This document shows, one piece after another, positions 36,541 through 47,863 of a stretch of 64,000 bases of DNA. The DNA lies in NCBI GenBank assembly GCA_010015805.1, contig ML978121.1:3162001-3226000 (forward strand), written 5' to 3'. How positions within the stretch are numbered: the stretch's first letter is position 1; each line of letters opens with the position of its first letter. The translations under genes and the position numbers were made by a program. Origin of the DNA: Rhizodiscina lignyota. Taxonomy: Eukaryota. Below the pieces are notes generated by a model. It worked only from the letters and a program-made list of their open reading frames with translations, was not told the origin of the DNA and searched no databases.

Positions 36541-36793
36541 TGAGACGAAGCAGACCGCTACCATTTCCCCTTTCTGGCCTGGTCGGCATTATCAGATTTA
36601 GGTAGAGAAATATTTCGCGCCTTGTATGCTGAATAGGGGAGGAGCAAGAGGTTGGTATAACATCTAGTGATTCCTCGATGGTTGATTTTCTGATGTCAGT
36701 CGAAATACTGCCCAAGTCAACGTGTCGCGACGCTCAACACATCTCGTCGAATTCCGCACTGTTTGCCACTGCTCAGATTATACCATCCGAAAG

Positions 36794-37733
36794 ATGGATC
36801 CTCGCCCGTCCTCCAGCTTCGAGCCATACAGACACTCGCAAGAGCCTGATGATTCAGAGAAGCCTCTGGTGCCGGAATCGGACAGGCAAATACCGGCTCG
36901 TCAACAGCAGCCTCGCGTCCTGAACAATCGAGCTGCACCCAATTCTGTCCGGGTCGCTCTGCGTGTCCTCGCCCTTAGCGTCGCTATCACTATATTAGCT
37001 ATGCAGGCTCACTCGACGTACATCTGGCTGAAAACGCGTCGGAATACATGGATGAACCCCACGACACGTTTCAAAACCAGGCTATGGGCGGTTCTTGACC
37101 CCTGGCCAACTTGGACAATGCTTGGAGTCAGCCTACTTGCAGTTTTGGTCCATTTGGTCTCCTTTATGACTCTATGTGCTTATGTGCGTTGTAGGAGAGC
37201 TCTACCCTCCTAATTTTCTCTAGTTTGGCCTTATGAGACTGAGCTAATCGTTATATTCCTATATCTAGGGCCAAGGCATGCGTGAAAGTACATGGCACAC
37301 CTGGAGCGCATACCTGAGCTCCTTCCTGCTTGTAGCTGCCTGGATTGCAGCACTTGTTTACTTCAAGGTCGTGGACTCTCAGGGCGACAAGAAGAATAAT
37401 TGGGATCTCTGGTCATGGGCCTGCCACCGCAAGTCACTGCATAGCACAATACCCTGGTCGGCTCTGTGTATTGAAAATGTGAGTCAAATATAAGCAGGCT
37501 TTGTGCGACTGGGAAGTCTTCTTCTACCATTAACCCCCAACCTTCTTGATTAAAGAGTATGACTACTGACTCCTTTTGGCTGAATTCAGACCTACACTTT
37601 CTATGCTTCCGTCGCCGTGGTGATACTGGAGATCTTCGGTCTACTTGTTTTCATATTCTCACAGCGAGGTCACAAAACGAACACAGTATACCGGAAGATT
37701 CAATCCGTCAGGAAAGGATACCGTCTCTTCTAG
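36794..37733 (+). CDS. Four-TM integral membrane protein (MARVEL-like)
   Basis: Introns 37184-37268 and 37479-37589 join in frame. Four hydrophobic segments and a WDLWSWAC..WSALC loop. Confidence 0.8.
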
Positions 37734-38230
37734 CCAACACCCATCTCGGCAAATGTTGAGCCAGTCAACTCTCGTCTTCGTCACACGAGGAAAGTCGTCT
37801 AATGAAGGAAATGGCATCGGTCGTCTAATGAAGAGCTGGACAATATGAAGTGACGGAGATTGAAAGGCGTACAGGAGAGGTGGGTGAGCAGTAGACGGAC
37901 AGTAGCTGCTATCGGAGAGTACATTCTACAGAACCATGGCAAGGCGCTGCCTATGCCTAGCGCTGTCGGTAGTTGTTCTTATGACATGAAGGACCAACGC
38001 TGTCAGCATCCATCACCGTGAGGTATCTAATACTTTTCCACGACAATGTATCAACCGTGGTGAGGAGACGTAAGTTCAACCCAACCAAACCTTAAAAACC
38101 TACTCAAACCCTGCTGTAAGACCGCCTTGGCCCTGAGACAGCAGATCATACCATCCTAATCGCTTCATCACGGCAAGCAGGCTCCCATCAATCCTTCGTA
38201 ATGCTCATTCAAATGGATCTCCTCTTTAAT

Positions 38231-39175
38231 CTAGGAGCCCTTAAACATCCTTACAGCCTCCATTACATATTTTTTTCTCAGCATAATTTTGTTATAAGAG
38301 GGAACGGAACTGTCATTAACGCATATATACCTGATATCCCTATACTTCCTAATTTTAGCGGATATCCTTGTCTTTTGGGCTGAGTAGCCTAGCCGTTGAG
38401 GCATTACTAGAACATTCGTCCAGGCTCTGAACGCTGTCATAGGGAATTGTAGTCTCGATGCTAGAGGTAGCAAGCCGGAGAACACGATTGCATCCAGCCC
38501 TTGGGCCTCAAGTTAGCTGACGTGACGGAGATTGAGGATATTATGCCAGAGCTCTCGAAAAAGGAGAGACGCTTCACCATGATCCGAGTTCTCATAAGAC
38601 AACCTCTTCATTGCAACGGAACTCGATTGCCACTTAAGGGTTAACCTCGAGGGCTGACCATTCTCTAGATCCGGCAGCACCCCAAAACTCGAGTTGCTCG
38701 CGATATCAGAGCTACCAATTGCCGTATTGGGGCAATGCCCATTTACTTGGACTAGCGACCACTGCATCACTATTCGAGGGCTGTTACGCCACCTCCTAGG
38801 TTTAATTACCAGTATTGACTAGCGTCGGACGCTGCTACGCTGCAGCTAAGGAAGGTCCGGCGCCGGCCACGAGACGTTGTGCGTAGACCATGTCGAGTTT
38901 GTGGCATTCCACGCCCACGCTATCATCCATATCTCGGTCGTGACACGATGAGATACTCTCGCACAGCGGTTATAAGTTCCCTCTAATAGGTCAAGGGCGA
39001 GAATCGCTTCCTCTTCCCAGTCCAGACGGGTCCACTCAAGAAAATCATCTAAAGGAGTACGGCCGTGAGAATCGATCGTAGTCACTAGTGTCCCTCGTCT
39101 CTGGAGCTCGTTTACTATCTGCGGGAAGCTAAATCGACAGGCGACGTGGAGGGGCAGTAGTCTGCTTAAGGATGT
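38231..39175 (-). pseudogene. Decayed ankyrin-repeat gene relic (RIP-like)
   Basis: LPLHVACRFSFPQIVNELQRRGTLVTTIDSHGRTPLD is an ankyrin repeat. ORFs 38846-39085, 38513-38770 and 38231-38485 share one frame and end in TAG/TAA stops. TpA-rich. Confidence 0.7.
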
Positions 39176-39467
39176 ATACTATTGGATTGATGTGATTGTC
39201 ACAACGTTCTAGATAGGCTACATCTCTATGTCCCTAAGCTAGAGCCCTATAAAGCGCAGGCCACTAGCCTAGCTAGGTGTAAGGAGAGATTAAAATCGAT
39301 GCGAAAATAGCGTTGGTTGTTGATTGCTATTTGCCTGCATAGCGTGCGTAGCATACTTATTAGGGGTAAGGTTGGGCATGTCTACGTCTATGTTTTCAAT
39401 GTACTTGTACAATACTTTAATTTGAATACTGTAGCTGCTTCTCTGGCGCGTCACCTCTATCATGATC

Positions 39468-42400
39468 TTAACTTAGCAGCTCCTTGATATCCTCGAGACG
39501 CTGTAGCTTCTTCTCCACGTCACTCATCATTCCAAGCGAGCTCGCTCTGCGTCAAGTAGTCGTCAGCAAATGCACCAGATCACAAATTTTGCACAAGAAC
39601 GATTACTGTGGGGTGGTGAAACTCACATGAACTTCTTCCTGTCTTGAATCTTCAACATCTTTTCCTCGATGCTGCCACTGACAATAAACCTGACAACTTT
39701 GACTTCGCTTTCCTGTCCCATCCTATGAACTCGATCAATAGCCTGCGCTTCAACCGCGAAGCTCCACCACGGATCCATCATGAACACCCTCTTTGCGCAC
39801 GTCAAGTTGAGTCCAACACCTCCCGCGCGCAGACTCAGAAGCAGCACGACGCCTTTCTTCCGATTGGTGAACTCGGACAAGACGGCAGCGCGCTGCTTCT
39901 GCTGCATGGTGCCGTCGAAGCGCAGGAATCGGACGCGATCACGCGTGAGAGCCGGCTCGATGAGATCCAAGAAGGAAGTGAATTGAGAGAAGATGACAGA
40001 TTTGGCTCCAGGATCTTCTCGGCGGAGGCGCTTAAGATGCGTGACCAACCCGTCAATCTTCGCAGATTGGTTGCAACTAATCCGGCGGAGCGAGATGGAA
40101 GGCGACTGCGTTCCCGATGAGGCGTCTGACCGGAAGATAGTTGGAGAATCAGGCTCATTGATGTGGTCGTGGCGAATGACTTCAAATACATCGCGCGAGT
40201 TGATCGGCTCCCGACAGTTGAAGCAGCGGGGGACCTCACCCTTGCCCCTCTGGTGTTCGATGTAGTCAAGCAGGCACTGCTTGCAAGCACTGTGCCAGCA
40301 TCCTGTAACAGCTTGCTCATTCATCGGCTCTTCGGAGCAGATTGGGCATTCATCATTTTTCTCGCTCTGAATCTGCGTGAGGACGTGGGCGCCGAAGTTG
40401 TTTGCATCTTCCTCATCTGCTGTGAAACGTGCAATGAGAGTTTGTAAATCCATATCATCAGCAAGGCCGTTGGCGGCGTCAGCGGCTTCAGCAGCTTCCT
40501 CTTCGTCTGCAACTATGTTTTTGTTCCGTGTAAGGACTGGATGGCAGCAGGATTGACGTAACCGCAGAATCTGTGCGAATATTGTGGTATAAGATCTCAT
40601 GACAGTACCAGCTTCAACGTTTGCGTTAAAGGTACGTTTTGCGCGAGTGAAGATATGGTCGTAAACATCCCGCTCGGCAGACGAGAGCTCTAAACGATCG
40701 ATTTCAATAATTCGTGGAGGAAGCGGCACGAGCGCTTCTCCATCTGGTGTTTTCATATCCTTTGTACGTCGAAGTACTAGAGGTTCCAGAACTGTTTGGA
40801 CCACGTCCAATGCGCGGATGAAATCTTTCGATTCGAAAGGTACAGTAATAAATGTCTTCCAGAAGGAGAAGTTACTCCATGGCTCGACTCGCAGAAAATG
40901 GACCAAACTGAACAGATCCTCGAGACGGTTGACAATCGGGGTTCCGGTCAAGACCCAACGATGGGTGGCGTTGATCTCGTAGCAAGCCTTCGCTGTTTTT
41001 GATTGTCTATTTTTGATGAAGTGCGCCTCGTCCAGGATGACTCTGAAATAATCCAGAGAGAACAGACCACCATGAGTTGCGCGATTTCCCCCATTTGCAG
41101 CAACTTGGTTGAACTCGGAGAGCACAACGCCATAGCTGGTGATTAGGACATTTGGTGCATTAGCCGCGTTCGCTTCACAACAAAGTTGCTGCAAATCGAC
41201 TTTCTTGTCAGTTCCATAGTACACCATGACCTTAAGAGTGCCGGATTTCGAAGCCTTCTCCGCTTCACTCTGCCATTGGGCGAGCAATGACATTGGTGCA
41301 ACGACTAAAGTCGTACGAGGCGCAGGCTCCACGGATGAAGAATTCCTTGGTAGCCTAGGCAAGTCGAGAACCGATGCTCCATTGAGCGGATCTGAGCTCT
41401 CTGATTCTAATCCATGGGAGTGTATCAGACTGAGCATCTCGATTGTTTTACCCAAGCCCATCTCGTCCGCGAGTATACCACCCAGACAATTCTGTTCCTG
41501 GACTGGGAATGACAAGGACAATTCGCCAGAATAAGGATTGACGTAGAACGTTGGTTGATCTGTGACTTCTGGCAGATCATTGTCGTCAACATCTTTCGTT
41601 GGCCAGATATACTCTTCCCACAGAGGATGCATGGACATTTGCTTGTGCTCAGCCTTCTCGTCTTTCTCCTTGCCCATCATCCAGTATAATGCCTGCTTCT
41701 GATACTTGCGCAACTCCATTGCAAAGGTCTCAGGAGGCTCCGCTTCCGGTGTATCAAAGTCGAAAGATTGCGCTTTTTTATAAAGCGTGTCCAGCTGGTC
41801 TTGTTCGAGCTCCTCGCCTTCTTCCGCGTCATCTGAAGGTGGAGTGGAACTGCCATCTCCAGACTGCGGCTTCGTCCCCTGAGTTGCTCCCTGCTTCTCA
41901 TACTGTTCAGCAACTTCAGCAGCTTGGAGTAATCCTTGACGCTTGTGCTTTTCAGTAGTCGAGTTCACTTTGCTAGGATGCAAATTGATCTCATCGAACA
42001 GCTTTACTAGCGCGACTTGTCGGAGTCGAAGGTTTCGTTCATCTTGCGTTTCCTTAGTTTCGAATATGCCAGCCTGCCTATTGCTTTCCGATGGCTTGAT
42101 GAAGCCGCCAGAATCAAAAGCAACCTTCAGCATGAAACATCGCAACTGTAGATAGATCGTGTCATTCGTTCGCACTCTATCAGGAGCAAAGACGCAGGTT
42201 CCTTCAAATTTGCAGATCTGCTGATCGAGGAGGGTTGAGACCCAAGCAGCAGCCTCATTCTCAAGCCTGCCAACTTCTTCGCCTCTGGGGTTTGTGAACC
42301 GGACCACCACATCCTGTCGCTTGCTGGAGACCGACACTATCTTCCCACCACGACCACGTTTCGTGGTTGGCTGGGTCTTGGTACGCTCTATCCCCACGCG

Positions 42401-43011
42401 CTCGGCGTGTTTGAGAAGATCTGATCCACTCCTGGTTGCCCAACCCGTGACGCCAAATGCGCCTATGTATCGCTCCTCGGGCATGTCAGACTGTCCAGAA
42501 GGGCGACGCTGTGGTCTGCTAATACTTGGAGGAGATTGTCGTGCCGAAGGCGAAAAGCTGTCTCCTGCCAAAGAAGTCGATGGAACCTGGACTGCAGGGC
42601 TTGGAGGTTCATGGGCTTTCCAAGATCCATCAAGATACAGATTTATAGCTATGAGGGTCAGCTGAACTGCAAATGATTCAGGCCTCTATCAAGCATACCG
42701 CGTTGTAAGTCATTGCCACTTTGCTCCCGCAAAATTTGCAAAGACGACGGCGGCAATTGCTCTCCAATAATGCTCGAGAAGAGCTCCAAGTCGAAGCCAT
42801 TATGATCTATACTATTCGTCGCCTGTGCTGATGCTTGGCCATCATCAACTTGCTCAAAATGTTCCCGCTGGGACTCGTAATCGGCGTCCGGCAACGCGTC
42901 GAGCTCGTCTGGAAGTGAGGATTCATGGTGTAAAGTTTCGTCGTCTACAGGATCGTCGACGAAGAATCTTCGCTTTTTCGGCGGTGGTTCCTGGAAGTCT
43001 GCATAGCTCAT
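39468..43011 (-). CDS. RAD5: DNA repair helicase / ubiquitin ligase Rad5
   Basis: HIRAN (RYIGAFGVTGWATRSG..VVRFTN..EVGRL), SNF2 GGILADEMGLGKT, ILDEAH, RING CPIC..CWHSACKQC..CFNC, SLRAGGVGLNLT, QAIDRVHRMGQ, ending RLEDIKELLS*. Two introns. Confidence 0.98.
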
Positions 43012-43084
43012 TTTCAGAGACAGCAGGCTGTACAAAATGCGTTGCGAATGAGAGGTGCTGAGGCAGAGGCGGTACTCGGATATG

Positions 43085-43105
43085 ACGCGACTTGAACGCG
43101 CAAAA
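43085..43105. promoter_or_regulatory. MCB-like CGCG elements upstream of RAD5
   Basis: ACGCGA and ACGCGCAAAA 75-95 bp upstream of the RAD5 ATG. Confidence 0.3.
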
Positions 43106-43392
43106 AGTGTGGGTCCCTTTTTATCTCAAAATAGCAATGGTCACGTGTCAACGTGATTATCTTACCCCCATTGACCTGGGCTCTCAATATTTCAAGAGAT
43201 AAAAAGTATTCGCATAAACTGAAGATTAATTCATAGCAAGAAAGGCCCTTAATTGCAGATAAAACAGGTGGGTATCTCGGAATCCCAAGGAACCTCCCCA
43301 CCAAATACTCCAAATCATCCGTGATGGAAAGTAGTGCATCGGCCATTACTGTTTAGGCCATGTAGCAGAGCGGAATTGCGCTTGAATCCCCA

Positions 43393-45446
43393 CTAGTCCC
43401 TGTCCCGACGTCTACTTCTACTCCTGCTACGGCTCCTTTCGCGACGGCGCTCTCGTTCTCGCTCCCGTTCTTTGTCTCTATCACCTCCCCGTTCACGTTC
43501 ACGATCTCGGTCCCTATCGCGATCTCTTGAGCGATCACGAGTGGAGCCGCCTGGCACATATCGATCAATCTCGGTGTATCGATGTCTCTCTTCTCTGTCC
43601 CGTCCATCTCGATCCCGTCCATATGAATCTCGTCGATTATCCCTCTCGTCCCTATCCCTATCCCTGTCCCTATCCCTATCTCTGTCTCTGTCTCGGTCTC
43701 GATCCCCACGATCCCCACGATCCCCACGATCACGATCGTCTCTCTTGTTGCGAACGCTAGATGAAGGAACATAGCGGTCAATGTCTGGTGGGCTGCGTGA
43801 GCGAGAACGCCGTCGTCGAGGAGGCGACAAGCTGCGATCACGAAAAGATCGTCTTGGAAGAGATCTACTTCTCGATCTATCGCGTCTATAACGAGGCGCA
43901 CTTCTACTTCGCTCACGTGAGCGCTCGCGAGCACTGCGACGAAGCTCTCGACTATCACGGTACGATCGGCTTTCCCGCGAGCGGCTTCTCTCCTTGTATG
44001 AGCCTCTATCAGATTCTCGGATTTCCTCATGCCGGCCGGATACGCGTCGAGAAGGTTCATGACTTCTCTCCTTGAGTTTCTCGTGCGGCGAGCGGTCTCT
44101 CTTCTCCTCTTGACGACTTGGTGGACGGGCACTTGCGGACATGCCATCTTTCATGCGCTTCTCGTTTGTCTCTATGGAACGTACGACTGGGGACTTCGTA
44201 GCGACTTCGCGCGGCTCTTGTTTCAGAATTTCATCTTTGACAGCAGGTACCAGCTCTGGTGTCTCAAGTACCGGTTTTGTAGAGCTTGCAGGCTTCACCG
44301 AAGTGATTTTGCCAACTTCGGTTTTGCTTTCAGATGTATCCGACTTAACGGGGGATTTTTCAAGCTTGGCCAGTCGAGCAGCAGCTGGATCACGAGGAAC
44401 GATGGACTTCGGCACTAGCATCTTCCGCGCAGGCGGTTCAAGATCCTCAGAGCGTTCAAGTTCCGGACGTTGGCGAGACTTTGCTGCTTTTTGTCCTTCT
44501 TTGAGAAGTTCCATCAGAGCTACCTCCTCGAGATCCTTCTCCTGCTCTGGAGGGATAGACTTGGCGCCTTGATCTATGCTCTGCCTGCGTCGTTCTCTTC
44601 CCCGAGTTCGCTCTCGTTCGTATTCCTCTCTCTCACGCTCTTCGCGACGGCGTCGCTCTCGCCTCTCCTCCCTCTCGCGCTCATACTGTTCTTGTTCTCG
44701 TTCATATTCCTCCTGTCGCTTGCGCTCTCGCTCTTTCTCGCGCTCTCTCTCCGCTTCCCTCTCAGCTCTGCGTCTGTCTTCTCGTTCTTTTCTCTCCTTT
44801 TCGCGAGCTTCCTCCTCCTCTCGGCGTTTCCGGCGCTCGTCCTCCACTTTCTTGCGCTCCTCACGATCCCTTCTCCTCTCTTTCTCCTTCTCTTCTTCGA
44901 GTGCTTCCACCCGCTCGTTTCGTCGAGCTTCCGCTTCTTGCGCCCACTCTTCCTCGGTCTTGCTACCTATTCGCTGCTCATTTGCTGCAGTTTCTTCGCC
45001 AACGTCCTGCCTTCGAATTGCGCGCAGTTGTTGTTCAGCATCGACGAGCAGCTCCTGCACGAATTGGTTGACTTTGTCTTCAACAACACGGTAGATGTCG
45101 CTGCGCTCTGCGCTACCTTCGATTAGAGGGGCGGCAATGCGACGGTCTTTGGCAAGGAGGGAAGGGTCGCGGTCAGTTTCGCTTTCTACGATGCCTTCGA
45201 GCGAGGCAAGTAGCGCTGTTTTTGCGTCCTAGAAGATAGCAATGTTAAATAGTGTTAAAATTAATGTCTTTTCACTGTACTTACGCCATGTTCGAACTTC
45301 AAGTAGGCTGCTTTCCTCAAACCATCAAAGTGACCTCGTTTCTTGAGTCGTTCCATCAGCCCTTCGACGGCTGCACGCTTCGTAGGCGAGAGTGGCAAGT
45401 CGGAGAGCTTTAGCGGCTTTCTGCTCTCAGCCATCGAAGCCATCAT
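43393..45446 (-). CDS. BOD1/Shg1-domain (COMPASS-associated) protein with RS/RD-rich C-terminus
   Basis: LMERLKKRGHFDGLRK..IVESETDRDPSLLAKDRRIAAPLIEGSAERSDIY, followed by a coiled coil and an RS/RD-rich tail with two IDRYVP motifs. One intron. Confidence 0.82.
43645..43735 (-). repeat. Coding microsatellites encoding (GDR)n and (DR)n
   Basis: Plus strand shows CCCTAT/CCCTGT, CTCTGT/CTCGGT and GATCCCCAC units in tandem. Confidence 0.8.
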
Positions 45447-47863
45447 GTGTGAAGTTTTCTGGAGAAGATTGTCGAAAGTACAGAGAAACGGCTTGATGGA
45501 TGCCGACTTTACGATAGGGGCCCGACAGGGCACTAGGAACGGCGAATCGATGCTGGCTCTACCGCGCGCACGAAAATGCGGCACTGATCAGGAGAGTCAT
45601 AGCATCATTGTTGTGCGGTGGAGAGAAGAAGGAAGGGTTGCGCAACTGGAAGGACGCGCCGCAAACCTCCCAAGCTTCACGTGTCTTCGTCCTCTCCCGT
45701 CGGGCCCTGGGGTAACTGAATAGAGGAAAGTGCGGAATCTGGTCTTGGCATTTCGACTCAACGTCATCGCAAGACTGAAATCTAAATAAGCTATGGAAAG
45801 ATCAATGTTCAGTTAGTTACGTGCATAATGGCAGCTTTGAAGATTGTATAAAGACTCAAGACATGGTCTATGCCTCACGGAGTCTCACGAAGAGCACTCT
45901 AACCCCCAATCCTTCACAATACTATCCTCGCTGTCTACCCACCTATCTCTTCGATCGAGCAAATGCTGTGCTTGCGAAAGGCTGGCCCTCGACGCCGTTT
46001 TGGAAAATATGGGCCCAAGAGCGCCTCCACACCGCATAGCTAAGGACGGAGTGATGGAAATTGAGAACTGAAATATCCATCATTGAACGCTTTCGCCCAT
46101 CCAAGCACATTCTCCATACCCCGAAGTCAAATCAACAGTGGTAAAAGGTTGGTCGTAGCTTTCAAGATACCAATAGCTAAATCGATAGTCTCTACAACGA
46201 ACAAATCGTACAAGTTTTGCAAAGGTCTGTCATTATCACATACATCCGGAAGAGCATGAGACTAAGCTTTACGAGATAGCCTCGAAATGCGATAATTGCT
46301 CGCACCTCCGCGTTACATCTTGTCCTCCGCCCAGCTATTTTGTCGCCCTCGAGGCCAGTTGGATTGCAATGGACAATCTGGCTGTTCCTCTAGTCCTATC
46401 AGGATTAAGACACATGTAGGCGTGAGACTGATATAACGTAGCTCGTATTGGTACAATATACTTGATGTTGGAGACACGAGGGGGAGCATGTCCCTTTGGG
46501 CATCAGTATGCACATGAGACCATTGGATCATGCCCCCAACCGCCGGGATAAGCCACAATGGCCAACGGTCAGCTGTTTCAATTTCCATGCGTTGAATTAA
46601 TGCCACAAGCGGACCTTGGACCATTGACTCGCGCTGTTCCATGCCGATAGTTCATAGATGACATTGGCCGCATTACAGCGTTCGGTCTTTGACGGCTTGC
46701 GCGGGGATCATCAAACTACGTTCCGCTCTGTGAAGGCCAGCGCCTTTACATGTAATAGGCAAAGCTGCAGCGTGATTTATCCGAAAACGCGAATGCTGCA
46801 GAACTGAATGTGTGGACTGGCCGGAACGTGTCGTATCGAAAAGTAGGATCTATCTCCCATATTTGTCGGGTCTCATAAGGACGCCTTTTAGTATTTCACT
46901 TTCTAACCAAAGGTCTCACTCTTGACGAGCAAGTTCTGTTTGTGTGTGGAAGAGGCGCATCGATGAAAAAGATCGCGGGTAAGAGGAGTAGGTGGATCAA
47001 GTCTTGTTTCCTGTCGCGAGGATTGTCAGAAAGCCAGTCAAGATGGTCCAGGAGTTGGAAATGTTTTGTTTTCTTCAACCATTCTCCGACTATCATAATA
47101 TGTCAAGCGACGCTGCGATAGAAAAAGAGGTGATTGTTTAGTTTCGGATTCAAGGCTGCTACTCAGGAAGAGAACCTCAGAGGTAAGCCTGGGAGTGAAA
47201 AGCAGCTAAGAGTCTCTTGCTCCGTCTGGTGTTTTTGTTAAGCGTCACGGACAGAGTGACGCGCAAATGTTCTGCGATTGGACAAACAAGAGTAGCCCAG
47301 GAGGAGGATGAGACTGGCAGGCCATACGACAGCCTAGCAATGTTCTCAGTGGTCAACTGCTTGGTGTTAGTGACCTCAGGCATGGGCGAAAGAGGAATAG
47401 TCCCGTGTTGGTCTTGGCAAACGTTTTTCGACTATATTTCGCCGCGCCACGCGCATCTCACTTGTTTTCTTTCTCTCCACCGCAAACGCACACTTTCACC
47501 TGGCGACTCTTGACCCAGGCTGAAATTTCAATATATCGCGCGCAGTTCGGGTCTTGCTCACACGAACTGGTCTGATATCGAGGGCTCAAAACTCTCAAGT
47601 GCACTGTCTCTCCGGGCAGTTGTGTTGTCCCACTTCGGTGGGTATATCTTCGCGGTTTCGACCGCTGGAGGCTGGATTCGCTACGGCGGCCAGTCATCCG
47701 TCGCCCAAAAGGCGGCCTCTTTTTCTACACCCTCCTCCTCTACATCTCAACAAAACACTTCAATCAATCTTCGCTTCAATACATATCATCGCCTTCATTG
47801 AGGCCTTGACGACGATTCTTTCTGACTACTGTCACGATCATAGTCATCCACACCTCGATCGCG

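Noticed and set aside
38129..38146. GGCCCTGAGAC..AGCAGA resembling the MITE right junction
   Set aside because: Only 11 bp are identical and mostly outside the TIR; no partner TIR found.
43353..45126. Long overlapping and antisense ORFs over the RS/RD-rich gene
   Set aside because: Stop-poor shadow frames produced by low-complexity coding sequence.
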